Below are positions 30,801 through 47,775 of a DNA stretch of 64,000 nucleotides, one piece after another. Origin of the DNA: Tubiluchus corallicola (lineage: Eukaryota > Animalia > Priapulida); NCBI GenBank assembly GCA_030141605.1, contig JAQGDQ010000419.1, positions 1 to 64,000 of the forward strand, written 5' to 3'. Below the pieces are notes generated by a model that had not been told where the DNA came from, ran no database searches, and worked only from the letters and a program-made list of their open reading frames with translations. The translations under genes and the position numbers were made by a program. Numbering within the stretch: the stretch's first letter is position 1; every line of letters begins with the position of its first letter.

Positions 30801-33800
30801 AGTGCACACTGTCATAGACGAAAAAATATAAAAATGTAACTACTATAATATGCAATTTTTGGTTGCATGTCATCATAAGCAAAAAACAGAATCTTTACAC
30901 TAAATAACTAAGCAGTGGGAAGAAAACAAGTAAAAAGTGTCACAGAGTCAAAGCAGACAGCTCAAATTTAAAATTTGCAAAAGATAACAGGAAAGTGACA
31001 ACTTTCAAGCAAAAAGTAATAAGAACATGTGCGTGTGCACGCGCGTGCGTTGGGGAGGGGGGGGGGGGGGCGTGCGTGTGCGTGTCAAAAGGAGGTAACA
31101 GTTAATGTTTTTCAGTCGAGTGTTGCAGTTATTAAAGAAGCGATAGTTTGGTGAATAATTCGACAATAAAGAAGCCCAAGGCGAAAAATTGGCTTCGCAA
31201 TTATAGAGGTTCCCCATTGTATGTCCATATACCAGTATAAGAAGCAGCAGAAAAACGGGCTTCAGCAGGGAGCAATTGGGAACCAATGAAAGGAGAACAT
31301 CCGCACATTTTTATTTGCAACTTATTTAATTGTGTGGTGCTGACAAGGCACTGACCACTGGCATTGTACTGTCAAGTTTTTTTCCTGAATTAACTGCTGT
31401 GCTAATTTACCTCTATTGTCTCTCTGTTTTAGAATTCTGTCTGTCTAACGTCTACAATAATTATGATGAGAATGAAAAAACATTTTTCAATTTTCTCATG
31501 CCACGAGGATTCAAATTGCTCCAAAATTTACTCTAACCAAAACTCATAAAAATAGTTTTCTGTACTATTTTTTTAAAGTTATTATTACAAAGCCGAGTGA
31601 AGCGGATATTATTTTCCCTGAACAATAAGATATAATTCATTTTGGAGAATACATATTTAAAAACTTGCAAATAAGAAAAACAAAAAGCTATCACTGGCTG
31701 CGCCTTGTCGAACCTTTTCAATGTTAACTGAACTACTCAAGAGTTGAGTCTTTTTAATATTTTGGTATAATTATATATTGCGTAATGTATAGTTGTTAAT
31801 TGTTTTTACTACTGCTTTTTGTAGGCTTCGTTGTTACATTTTATTCATTTGTAACATTAATGCAAGAAACTTAATTTGGCAACAACTCCTACCCTCAAGG
31901 AAGAGGAAATCAGTACGTTTGGAGCAGACTCTAACCACAGTTACTTTAAACTCTCATTATTTTATTCTTTACAATCTTTCCTTTAAAAAGCTGGAACAGT
32001 TGCCACTCCTAAGTCATTTTTCTTTTTTGATTGCTGAATTATACAATATATAACTGTGATTTTTGTATCAGTACACTATATCTTAATATTTGTCCTTAAA
32101 AATAACTTTGCACAAAGCCTATTATGAATTATGTTTTTCGATTTATGTAGTATTTGACATGCATATTCTATTGCTTTGCCAATGTACATTGTATGTATTT
32201 ATGAGAATAAAACTAAATCAAATTGAACGGGGTTAATTGAACCCTTTGAAACGACGTTGCATAACGATTGCACCTTGAGCTCTGCCATGACTCAGCCGGA
32301 AGCACGATTAGGGAAGGGCACTAAAGACGTTCACTTGTTTGTGTTTCACGTGTGGTTACGTAACGGACGTGTTTGAGATGTACAAAATAATTATTGTCTG
32401 AGAACTTAATTACGTTATGAGTCATTATAACAACATTGCGGTAAATGGGAGCAACGAGGAGGTTGACGAATGGAACAAGAACGTTAGCGAGAGAAACAAG
32501 CAACAGTCCTCCTTCGTTAGTCACTTACGGAAATATCTCAATTTGCAGTTGTGCAAAGCGATGTTTTGGGGAGGTCTTTCGGGAACATTGCTCATATTTG
32601 GTAAGAAAGATATTATAAAGTGATAAACTAGAAGCTTTATATTTTTGCATTGACGTTGGATGTTAGATTTTGTATTTAGAGTTAATAAACATTGACTTAG
32701 GTAAAATTTTGTCTCTTTTCCATAGTGATAACTATTCACTGCTATTATAAACCTCATAGTTGTTATGTTTATTTTCAGCACTGATTGCCTCAATCAAGCT
32801 GCTAGGTAGAGAAATTTTACCTTTAGCGCAGAAACATCATTGGAGTGGTTAGTATTTGAAAGGGATAATGAAATTTCTTTAATTATTAATTGTATTATCA
32901 TATATTATTATTATTGTAATATTATCAATTTTATATCAAGATTAGTATTATTACTGATAGTACAAACTTGAAAAACAAGGAATTAATGCAAAAGCAGTTT
33001 GATGCTTGCAGTGGGTAAGTGGACTGTCACTGGTTCAAACCCAGGTGTGTTTCAACTTCCTTACCATTCTTTTTTTAAAGTTTTCTTTCAAAATTTAATG
33101 ATTTATGGATTTGTACCATCATGAAATTACCTTGTAATTAGATTTATTAGTTAAGTTTTAAAAGTTTTAACAAAATTATGGCAAATTAAAAAATCTGATT
33201 GTCAGAAAAAAATAAAAAATGATTAATTACTTTTACAGTTTTCTTATAACTGAATTAAATGTTTACCAGTGATTTAAAAACATCTCACCTGCTGGACATT
33301 TACCAAAAAAAAGTCATGTGTTTTGTGTTTCATAAATAAAGGGTCTAGACCATTTAGCGTCTAAAATAAAAATTATCCAGTAATGTTTTGTGTCTCAAAT
33401 TGAAATTCACAGTTTTCAAATTGAAGGTTCTCTATGTGATGTACTTTAATGTCTGTCCGTGGGGCTCGAGTGATAATAAGCAATTTAGTTCTAAGCATCT
33501 ATGTAGAGCTTTTGAAAAATTGCACTATTAATTTAACCACACCGATTTTATAACTATTACATTGTTTTTCAGTGACTAAAAATATCCAGTCATTTTGTGA
33601 TCGTGGTTTGGAAACCGTAGGATGGATGCTTGTTGCTTTCGGTGGTACCGTCTTGGGTGTGATCAATGTTGGAAGATATTTTTACCATTCTAAACAGAAT
33701 GAAATTAATGAGCTTTTATCTAGTCGCGCTAATTGCGCCATAACCAGTGCATCAGAAACTTTGCCAGACAATGTATATGTAGATTACCGTAATAAGGGGA

Positions 33801-35432
33801 TAAGTGCTTGCCCAACATGTCCATCTGCAATCAGTGAAGACCAACTAACAGCAGATAATTCAGCATTAATCGAGCCTTAGAATGCAAGCTTTGCAGCCAT
33901 TTACTAGTGTAAATATAATAGCTGCTGGCAGGGTGTGTTTACGATGTGTGTTTAAGACCTTACGATGCACTAGGCCGATAGTGATAGCAGAATCCCGTTG
34001 ATCTCTATTGTGAATTTATGGTTGTTTATGTATAATAAGCAGATTAAACAGTTACTTGTGGTGTATTAGAAACACTATTCTATGATGTCATTATTAATCA
34101 CATGTATTTGCGTAGTGCTTATATTCAAGCAAACTGCACAACTGCTTGTTGTGTAATATCTTGCACCTGTTCGTTATGTAGCACTTATATAAAAGCTGTG
34201 GTCAGTAATTGCCTGTGGTGTGACCTTTACATGAATATGAAAGTATACGCATTTCCGAGGAGAACAAGAATTTTTTTCTAAAATGTGAAGCCCTAGGCTA
34301 TAGCCTAGTTAGGTTGTTGGTTATTACGCCCCTGGCTGCTGGATAAGCTAAGTCGATCATACAGCACAGCAACTGGCGATCATATTCAGCACCCGCATCT
34401 AGACAAAGGTTTTTAAAAAATTCACACTGCTAATATATCCGTATTGATTTTATAACCTTTACCTTGTTTTTCAGTGCTTGAAAATTTCCAGTCATTTTGT
34501 GATCACGATATGGGAACCGTAGGTTGGATGCTTGTTGCTTTCAGTGGCAAACGGAGCCGTTGTTAGCCAAATAGTTTTGCTGTATCATCTAGGCTTAAAC
34601 TGGGTGTTCTGGTCTCATTAAATAGACTAGCTAATAAGTATAATTGTGTTGATGGCTTTCTAACTCAAGTCTGCCATAACGATTCGTTTGGTTATTTGTA
34701 AAAATGTGATTTTAACTTGGCGCTATATGTACTTTTTGATCATGCATTTAAATTTGCATAAAGCTATCAAATTTAAAATGTATTCTTGTAAGATTTCAAA
34801 ATTTAGTGCAACTGTGATACAAAAGTTCTTTCACTGGCACAAGTCTCTTCATGAAAATTATGTATTTTAGTGAAATTTGGCCACAAAAATGTTGTGAATG
34901 AATGAGATTACTTGTTCAACTTTCACATTTCTTATATGGTATTTTGGTTAAAACAAACCAATAATTGTGGTTTCGTTTTATTTATTTGTTACACTATATT
35001 TTATGTCACTCGTTCATACAGTAGGGATGTGACAGATAATAATTATGACAGAATAATGAATAGCTGCCGAATAATATTTTCTGTTTGTCGTATCTAATGC
35101 CCAAATTTGATTAAATAATTGTGGAGTATTATTAAGAATTATGTAAATGCACAGAGACTAAATTACAATTTCATAGAATTGTGAATAATTCCTGGCTGTG
35201 TGCGTATATAAGATAGATGTGTAAAATAATCCCTTATGAGGGTAGTAAAATCATTCCTTAAAAAGAAAGTAACATAAAGTAATACCTTGATAGGTGCAAG
35301 AGTATCATTGCTTAAGAGGAGATTTTTTATTACCTCATAGGTAATATTTTATCTATATATCATATTATGTATATCTGTATATCACATTTATCATATTCTC
35401 AAGAAAAAATTTTCTTCTCCACTTTAGGAAAC

Positions 35433-35470
<38 letters not shown>

Positions 35471-36047
35471 CGTGCGTGCATGTGCACGCGTGCATCCATC
35501 AATGTCGATGTAACTATGGTTGGCAAAGAAACATCAAACATGTAAATAAAATGCAGGTGGCTTAAGGCAAAGCAATTTAAAGCTCAAACAAATAACTTTT
35601 GTTCCTTTTAACATAAACAAATTGCGTTTTTGCTTTGCATGGTTTACAAAAATAATTTAGTATGTTTCCAGAAAACAGCTTTAATGTGTACAAGGGTTAT
35701 TACGAAGGGTATTGAGCAGTAGGAACACTTACACAAAATCGTTTATATTCTGCAAAGTGGTCCATACAGTCAAAGCATCTAGTTTCTAAACAGTTACTTA
35801 TTACCATACTATACTTTCATATTAACTGTTGAATCACGATTGTAGTTTATTATTATTATGAATAGATGCATGGGCACAGTTTGTGTTCCGTATACAAAAA
35901 TGCTTACCTGGGTTTAATAAAAAGATGCCAACTATGCTCTGAGAAACTGGTAATCAAGAGAAAAAGCAACAGTACTGGAAATACCCACAGTTTTGAGCAA
36001 CAACGTCTAAATCGCAAGCACATACGAGTATAGAATGCATGCACCAT
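24874..36047 (-). CDS. DUF229-family (alkaline phosphatase/sulfatase-like) type II membrane protein, about 1029 aa; exons 36047-35908, 30178-28485, 28218-27260, 26573-26484, 25874-25804, 25009-24874
   Basis: Typical DUF229 motifs: NVLVFIIESMS, GYNIVGDGTAPQLTAMLTG, FKKKGFVTMFAED, GFDEPPADHYMRPF, ELTHNN, MGDHGLRY, LEERLP, LTSPFDVYETL, RTCADAGIETHWCTC and C-terminal SRPDQYGNQPKC...FCVC. The N-terminal exon encodes a signal anchor (RFRRCCSKLWVFPVLLLFLLITSF) and ends in phase 2, matching the acceptor at 30178. Exon total is 3090 nt. Confidence 0.85.
28795..29405 (-). repeat. Coding tandem repeat, 210 bp (70 aa) x3, within the DUF229 exon
   Basis: ctgccgatgt recurs at 28921, 29131 and 29341; peptide unit F.AVTAN...A..TKLLHRQVTLDHD.K.RK...GY.KT....FDVVNSTQ..K.TS..KV.SL.ANMK. 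Confidence 0.95.
30393..30540 (+). mobile_element. tRNA-derived SINE fragment with a Meta-domain-like core
   Basis: A-box-like TGGTCTAGTGG and degenerate B-box GGTCGATACT, followed by gtcttactaaagagtttaaaaatggtaccagctgttgccctgtctggcgc, which resembles the MetaSINE central domain as I recall it. A degenerate reverse copy appears near 51785-51865. Confidence 0.6.
32417..33880 (+). CDS. Small orphan membrane protein, about 172 aa, two predicted TM segments; exons 32417-32600, 32779-32805, 33573-33880; nested antisense in the DUF229 intron
   Basis: ATG, then G|gtaaga, tttcag|27-nt exon|gtagag, ttttcag|last exon to TAG; all junctions are phase 1. Hydrophobic segments AMFWGGLSGTLLIFALIASIKLL and VGWMLVAFGGTVLGVINVG. 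Confidence 0.7.
34475..34566 (+). other. Duplicated copy of the start of the nested gene's last exon; candidate alternative terminal exon or pseudo-exon
   Basis: The acceptor gattttataac...ttgtttttcag is kept; reads VLENFQSFCDHDMGTVGWMLVAFSGKRSRC* versus VTKNIQSFCDRGLETVGWMLVAFGG in the original. Confidence 0.65.
35435..35493. repeat. (TG)n/(TGCG)n microsatellite
   Basis: Direct. Confidence 0.95.
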
Positions 36048-39000
36048 AATGGAATACTGACCTAAAATAAAAATACAAAAACAGCATTATAGCAAGTGGC
36101 AGCATTTATCAATAACTTTTATAAATCTATAATTTGTCAATCATGCTATTTTTGACATGACAGTAAAATTACATAAGCGGCTGCAGGGTAACTTAGGTAG
36201 TTTTACATTTAATTACACCACTTAGTAACTTCTCCTGCGGGGGTGATTTACTACTGTGATCAACTGCAATGGAAAAATCGATAGATAGAAGATAGCAAAA
36301 CTAGAAAAGTGAAAAACACGTATATGCAGTAAACAGACGACAGCGTACAATTGCAATCCCCACCATTTATTAGACTTCAATATAAGGAGTAATCTTTGAA
36401 TTAAGTTTATGCACTTCACGTCTAGCTCAGTTTGTTGCCAAAATAGCAAGTCAAACAGATCCAATCACAAAAATATTGGAAACTAGCAAAAGACATTTCA
36501 GATAAGTTACTGACCCCAAAGTCGATTTCAAATATGGGTAAGTTGTTGTTATAACACTACTATTACAACAACAACTACTAGTACTACTGTTATTGTTTTT
36601 AATATTATTATTAATATCATCATCATCATCATTATATATTATTTCAAGAATTTTTATTTCACTTACTTGTGGTTATAGCCACTATATCATTACAAATAGA
36701 TACGTGCTTTAAAATAAAGTTAGTGAAATCGAAGTAATTTCGGCATTGTGGCCAAAGCTACAAATAACTGGTACTTATTAGAAAAAGAAAGTTTATCTAT
36801 GTATATTAACCCAAGTCTTCTCTTAATAGGCAAAGTATTTCAATCCCACTGTAAAATTATGGTTGTTATTTTTCATTCAAAACAATCTACTCTTTAAAAT
36901 ATTGAAAGATAACATACTATTTATTTTCAAAAGTGACTTGCGTGAAAGAATTATTCCCCCACAAACAGAATTTTGCATTCGCGTTACTAGTTCTTCGTTG
37001 TTACTTGCATTTTGGCATTTGCTAGTTAAACAGACACTAGAGTCTGCATTTTGGATACGCATTGCAAAAAAACAGATGCTTTATCTCTATAAAATAATTT
37101 ATAGCATGCCGCCCAGCATCCAGGATGTAATGTGCACATAAGCATTGATGCTCGTGTCGCTCTTACTCCATAGTACATTTATTTAGGAATATCATTTACT
37201 GTTTTTTAAGACAGGATTCTTATCTATAACGTGTATAAATATCAACCACTTGCGTGTTAACATTAATTAAAGTATTATTGATTCGCTTCAAACGTTGGAT
37301 GCTAGTCCCTAGTTTTTAGTGTATGTTTTCAAGTGAATTCAAAATCTGTATAAATCATAGTTTGTACAACATCATCGATTACATGTCATTGAGTTTTTAC
37401 GTTGGTTGTCAAAAGGAAAAAGGGGTGCAACCTGTTAAATGCTCATCAGCCCATTTAGAATCTGATAACTTCCTCATTATGAATTTTAAGACTATCATCC
37501 AACAATGGTTATGCAATTTTGTTTTAAACCAGACGCCCACTAACACTTGATATGGCAATATATATTTTAGTTTTAATGATGGTGCCACACTTCATCCAAA
37601 TTCTAAACCTACTGGGATCTCACATCATCTCAGTGACCAAGACATATTCGTGAGTCGTGCACCCCAGTGCCACTGATATTTTATACTTGGCAATGGTATC
37701 ATGAGACTCACAGATGCGTTCGATTAATTGCGCCAGAAATCTTGAGACTCGCGCCATTTGTTACACATTGACGTTGTTATAATTTTCATAGTCTTTCGAG
37801 TTTTGTAATATTGTTTTATATGATGTGTTTAAATACATAAAATTAATTATTCCGGATAGTATGTAATATGCTCGACTAGTTATTTTGACGTAGTTACTAA
37901 TTCACAGACCATTAGACGTAACAAGTAATCATTGAAGAAACTTAGAAGGGGACCAGAGGTGGGTGAGTCGGTGACATCTCTGTCGTTAGACGTCGTTTTC
38001 GCTTATTTAAAATACTACTAGCACTTATAGGCTGTTCAAGAAATGAGGTAACTTACATGTAAGTTAACCTATACAGAATAAATATTTGTGTATCGTATCC
38101 TAACCAGTGAACATTTATTCAAATCAGTTAAAAAATTCATTTTTCATATTTCATATAGCGTTTGTATTGAAATACTTGTATGATCGTATAGAGATGGTGA
38201 AAGACTATCTAAGCCGTCAAATCAACTATTATTTTAAAGAAAAGTGTGAGATAAATAAACACTCAAGACAGCTAGGTGATAACAATGCTGAGATATTTTG
38301 CCTTTTATTGACAGTTTGTATCCGTTTTGGCTAAAACTAAAAGGTTATAAAAAGTATCAGTTCAGTCGAAATTTTTCAGATGAGATTGGTAGTAGGGGCC
38401 ATGTTAATGTTAACGATACGTATCGATACAAAAAATTTGTTTTGATTGTTATAGTAGGGATATTATTCTAGGAATATCGTTATTGTATCTAAGTTGGTGA
38501 GTATCACTGGTTATTGCTCACCTTTTTAAAATCATTTCAGTTTGCTCTTCCATTTATGTGTGGGAATTATGTATAAAAACTTCCATCGGAGAGATATTGA
38601 GAAAAATCTTATCGAGAAAATGAAAATAACAATGTAAGAGAGGAAACAAGAAAAAGAGGCATAAGAAGAGAGAAAACTATGGACAAAAAGTTCACATGTG
38701 CTTTGCCCTGTCAATCTGCGGTTATCCGTGGCAATCTAAGATAAAAAAGAGGGTGATTTATAGGGTTGTTTGAATAATCTTCTTGTACTTTCTGCAATAG
38801 CAGCTGTCTTCGGTTGGTTTAGTGACACGCGGATGCCAAATGCAGCATTTTTAGAGGCATTTTCCCAGTTACATGTAGGCACTGCAGCTCACATATTAAT
38901 ATAATTTTATGGCTAAACAAAGGAGAAGGCTTAGATTACATGTATATATGCGTTAATTAGGAAACAACCTGCAAAAATTCGTTGTTGGAAACATTGAAAC

Positions 39001-40148
39001 TCATTGCGCAATAACTAGCCACACATTTAGTACTGTTTTTGTCGTTCGAAATAATTTATCGTATCGTCCACAAAACAGATTATGAATATCGTATCGTTGG
39101 AAAGAAGTATTGTAGTGCAAAATTTGTCATTTAACATCACTAATTGGCAGTAATGGTTTATTGAATATATAGGCATCCTACTCAATATGAATTGCGTAAA
39201 TTATTAGAATTATTAACTGTGTTATGTACAGTCCTGATAATTCTGATCATTTTTTTATTTTGAAGGCTGACATTATAAAGGAAGCAACCTGTGTTATCCT
39301 TTTGCATCAAGTAATTCGCTGAAGTAATTTATTTATCTCACATAAATAGGCCTTAAAACATTAATACTGGTTCGTCCAGTAAATTGCACAATGTTCATCT
39401 TGGTCATTCACATAATGAGATAATTTTAATTGAATGGGACCATTAACGACCGAAAAATAGTGCCAAAAGTAAAGAGAGGTACAAAACATTGTGTATAAAC
39501 ATTATGTCACTTAAATTCTGTGCTAGATGTTGCAGATCTATACAATTTTTTGCTGAATTGCACAGTCAGTAAATTAAATTTCGCGTTCTTTAAACATGTG
39601 CTCAGGGAACAAGCCGGGTAAACATTGTACATCGCATCCATAACGGAATTATGAATGACCTGATCGAGATTCTGAGTTAAGTTATCACAATTAGACAGCA
39701 ACACTTGTTTGGCACATTAGCTACGTGTCGTGATAAACTGGTCTTTCTTAGTACTTGATTCTTTTTACCTGAAACTCTGAACTGTGAACCTATTTTACTC
39801 TGAACTCTTTTGATGAAATTTAAGGAAGCAATGTGCTTGGCTGATGAATTTGAGTATTTGCATACAGGAAGTCCTCGCTTAATCACTCCTTGGTTGACGT
39901 TTCGTTTTAACGACGCCAATCATTTGACACCTTTTCTTCACTTGACGCACGTTTAGCTTTAATGACGAATTTTTTTCTTTGCTCAAGGCAAATTCTTATT
40001 TGAATAAAAATTTTTTTATCTAATTTGATGCATTAAAACAGGTCGTATTACATTATTCTGTTCTAAAAACGAACTAGTAGTGTAAACAGTGTAAGTATTA
40101 TGTTTGTGTCAAAGTAATCAGCAAGCAATTTTTCCCGCAAACTGTTGC

Positions 40149-40266
<118 letters not shown>

Positions 40267-40727
40267 TGCATAATATAAGTATATATATGATAATATAAGT
40301 ATATATGTGATAATTGTGTATTATCGTTATGATGAATATCACTATATATGTGATATTGTGGCTGTGTTAATTTCAGTTTAGGGATCATCTCGAAATTTAT
40401 TTTAGAATTGTTTTAGAATTCAGCTGCTGAATGCTGGCATTTCAGTTAATAGAAGCTGTTTACTTAATTATGTTGTGTGAACTAATTTGGATAAACTACT
40501 ATGTTGCACTAGTTTTAGTGGTATAGCAGATATGTCTTACATCAAAGTGTTGTAAGTACAAAATTTTAAAAATGTGCGCATATTAAAACTTAATGAAAGT
40601 GTACCTACAAATTTTAACATGCAGTTTCTGAACTTAGATTTTAAATTTTTCTTGGATAAATCCTACTATATATTGACCTCTAAACTAAGTCTTATGTCGA
40701 ATTTAAGAAAACATTGGTTCTCTATGA

Positions 40728-43901
<3,174 letters not shown>

Positions 43902-44808
43902 ATGCAGGTGACCGATCTTGTAACGTGTGAAAAACAATGACATTCAATGAGTAAATAGTGTGAACAGTAAATACTTCAGTTTAGAGATCGTAATTTTACT
44001 ATTTTCTGTGGATGCTAACACTGAGGCAGTTTCAGTAAACAAAGGCAATGCTAAAAAGTACACTAAATGCTAAAACTAATGTTTGCCTGATATTTAATAA
44101 ATTTCCTAAGCCAATTTACCAGCCTTTGAAAATGTACACTTGTGACGTTGTCAGTGTGAATAATTGGTTAATGTGAATCAACAAATCTGTTCGTTTAAGC
44201 GACAACTTTCTGTGATTGAAACCATGTTAGTTATTTAAGCAATTTAATTGTTTAAAATGTGCGAAATCACGTGTATATAACTTAACTTTTGTCTGTGTGT
44301 TTTGTTTTGTGGAAAATTTGCAAAGAACCAGATATCGGCTGTTAAAAATGTCTATCATTCAATTTCTGATGGCCAGAACATGGCAGAATCTCATGTCAGT
44401 GAAATACAATATCTGGTCACATTGGCAAGGATTTCCTTTTCTGTTTCAATGAACAATGTTGATCAAGTTATATTGGGAACAACTGTTTAACCCTCACACC
44501 TTTATTATGAAACGTTTGCGATGAAGTAAGCATGGTGAGGTTTTTCTTGCAACAGATGCTGAAATAGGGCCATTATGTATGTATAATTACCATATAATAA
44601 TTAATAAAAACATGTATACTTGAATTGAAGATTTTTGCATCTTGTTTTTTCCTCTTCTCGATGGGTAAAATTATTGTTCTTCTACTTCTGCTCAGAACTT
44701 TAACAGTTTTTGTGATGTCTTAAACACATTCCCGTGCTGCTACGGTTTAACTTCATTTATTTTTCACAAATCAGCAGTTTTGTAATCACATTGTATAAAC
44801 TTAATATG

Positions 44809-45037
44809 TTGCAACATTTGTGGCAGGTTAGGTAGCTGTGTAGAAACTATGCCACCTTCTTACTTTTGTTGCAACATTTGTGGCAGGTTCGGTAGCTGTG
44901 TAGAAACTACATGCCACCTTATTTTGCAACATTTGTGGCAGGTTAAGTAGCTGTGTAGAAACTATGCCACCTTCTTACTTATTTTGCAACATTTGTGGCA
45001 GGTTAAGTAGCTGTGTAGAAACTGCCACCTTCTTACT
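44809..45037. repeat. Minisatellite, 55-60-bp unit x4
   Basis: ttgcaacatttgtggcaggtt..gtagctgtgtagaaact at 44809, 44869, 44924 and 44984. Confidence 0.9.
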
Positions 45038-45326
45038 GCTAAGTGCCACATTTAGACAGTGAGACCTCTTTATGCATATCTACTTTTGGATTGCAAAAAG
45101 TAAGCAAGTGACGCTAAGCAAGGCAAATGAAATTGTGGGGCATCCCTTAGATAGAGCCTCCCTCTAGCTGGCCCGCACCTGTTTGAATATTTCTACTCGT
45201 AATATATTTTGGCGACATTTGCATGGTGTGAAATAAAATTATTCTTTAAAAACATACCACTATTTTAGTTTATTGCAAAAACAATTTAACACAACCATAG
45301 TGAAGAAAAGATTTTTATTAAAGTTA

Positions 45327-45662
45327 CCAAAGCTTGAGGGTCTCGTAGGCTGCAGCCTATACTAGCCTGTAGGACTAAAGCTTGAGGGTCTCGTAGGCTG
45401 CAGCCTATACTAACCTGTAGGACCAAAGCTTTGGGGTCTCGTAGGCTGCAGCCTATACTAACCTGTAGGACCAAGGCTTGAGGGTCTTGTACGCTGCAGC
45501 CTATACTAGCTTGTAGGACCAAGGCTTGAGGGTCTCGTAGGCTGCAGCCTATACTAGCCTGTAGGACCAAGGCTCGAGGGTCTCGTAGGCTGCAGCCTAT
45601 ACTAGCCTGTAGGACCAAGGCTCGAGGGTCTCGTAGGCTGCAGCCTATACTAACCTGTAGGA
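45327..45662. repeat. Minisatellite, 48-bp unit x7, with palindromic core TAGGCTGCAGCCTA
   Basis: The gtaggctgcagcctatact core recurs every 48 bp from 45345 to 45633 (one copy has a substitution). Confidence 0.95.
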
Positions 45663-46510
45663 TAACCCGACACTGGCGTTAAGCGAGTTTGACATTATAA
45701 CTAGATGACATTAATACCTACATCATGCAAACATTTTGTTTTGCCACAAATTTGGGCCGAGGTATGCGTATGCATTATAAATACGGAGGGCGTTATTGAG
45801 GTTATAACGACGTTTGATCGTACTTGAAGATTAACTCTGAGAAACCTCTAGTTACCACAGTAAGCAAGACAAAAACCTTCAAGTAGTAATCTGAATCTTC
45901 TTGCACATTTATTGCATCCTCAGTTTTTTCGAGATGATTAAAGATATTCTAAATGTAAATAAGAGCTAATGGGAAAGCAGCTGAGCCTGCAGTGAGCCTG
46001 TGTGTACAAAACGTTATGCCAACATGAATTTTTGTATTCTAAACCACAAAAATCACTTTTTGTACCTACTTTTGGTAAACTTGTTAAAACAGTTAAAGAT
46101 TACAACTTGCACAGGAAACTAAATACGAAACAGTACCTAATTTTGCAAAAATGATCAGAACCATTTATTTTCTATGATTCACATTGTCTTCACAAATTTA
46201 TTACATACATAGTTGAAAACACTATTATTCTTTATCTATCTAATAACAGAATGTCACTGGCTATCAAATGCTATTAATCACAACTTTATTCTCAATGTAC
46301 ATCTATGATAAATCTTCTATCTATGATAACAATGCACACAGTGTGTCTAACCTGTTTTTAGCACACGTTGGAATGTTATTATGGAATCATATTTTAAGAT
46401 GGTAACAAAGCATTGCAGGCAAACACTCGGAACACATTAAAAGTTCCGAAAACCCCGTGTACTACGTTACCCAAAATCTATCAGGAATTCCAGTTTGTCA
46501 GGAAGTCCTG

Positions 46511-46962
46511 GGAATGTCATAGATATTCACACAATGTACTGACACACATACTCAAGATCCATCGGTATAACAGTTTGTCAGTCGTTTTTCCAAGTCACGG
46601 AATGTCATAGATATTCACACAATGTACTGACACACATACTCAAGATCCATCGGTATAACAGTTTGTCAGTCGTTTTTCCAAGTCACGGAATGTCATAGAT
46701 ATTCACACAATGTACTGACACACATACTCAAGATCCATCGGTATAACAGTTTGTCAGTCGTTTTTCCAAGTCACGGAATGTCATAGATATTCACACAATG
46801 TACTGACACACATACTCAAGATCCATCGGTATAACAGTTTGTCAGTCGTTTTTCCAAGTCACGGAATGTCATAGATATTCACACAATGTACTGACACACA
46901 TACCCAAAATCCATTGGTATAACACTTTGTCTGTTGTTTTGCCAAATCATGGGAATGTCATA
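46511..46962. repeat. Minisatellite, 88-bp unit x5
   Basis: ggaatgtcatagatattcacacaatgtactgac at 46511, 46599, 46687, 46775 and 46863. Confidence 0.95.
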
Positions 46963-47044
46963 ATGGAATGTCTTACATAATCACAAAATGTACAGACACA
47001 CGCTTTCACTCTTGTGCACCTTTACTATTTTAGGACTAAGCAAT

Positions 47045-47625
47045 CTAAAGTTCTAAACAAAATTATGTACATGACTTGCGAAAAAATACACGATCCAAAA
47101 TCGTCAAGATTTCACACCTGTCAGAAACAGTCCGTTTCAGGTAATAAGAAAAAGCACAGACACACATCATGTTGTGTACCTTAACATGAAGTCACCTAAA
47201 GTTCTAAACAAAATTATATACATGACTTGTGAAAAATACACGATCCAAAATCGTCCATGATTTCACACTTGTCAGAAACAGTCTCCAAAATCGTCCATGA
47301 TTTCACACTTGTCAGAAACAGTCTGTTTCAGGTAATAAGAAAAAGCACGGACACACATCATGTTGTGTACCTTAACATGAAGTTAGAAACAGTCTGTTTC
47401 AGGTAATAAGAAAAAGCACGGACACACATCATGTTGTGTACCTTAACATGAAGTTAGAAACAGTCTGTTTCAGGTAATAAGAAAAAGCACAGACACACAT
47501 CATGTTGTGTACCTTAACATGAAGTTAGAAACAGTCTGTTTCAGGTAATAAGAAAACGCACAGGCACAGATCATGTTGTGTACTTTAACATGAAGTCACT
47601 TAAAGTTCTAAACAAAACTATACAC
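47045..47625. repeat. Composite tandem repeat (71-bp core unit within a larger duplicated block), probably in the GPCR 3' UTR
   Basis: agaaacagtctgtttcaggtaataagaaaa at 47314, 47385, 47456 and 47527; the flanking aaagttctaaacaaaa block occurs three times. Confidence 0.85.
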
Positions 47626-47775
47626 AAAATTGTCAAGAGCTGAATAAAGAAAAATCTGACAAAACTCGTCGACTTTTTCGTCAAAATAAATACACAGTTA
47701 TAAACAAAAGTTACATCATTCACAACACATTTCTCGGGAGACTAGAATAAAACGGGGAAACTTGTACGTGAGAGT

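Noticed and set aside
31005-31286. 93-aa ORF with a hydrophobic N-terminus as the DUF229 first exon
   Set aside because: No ATG at its start and no suitable phase-2 donor; the 36047-35908 exon fits much better.
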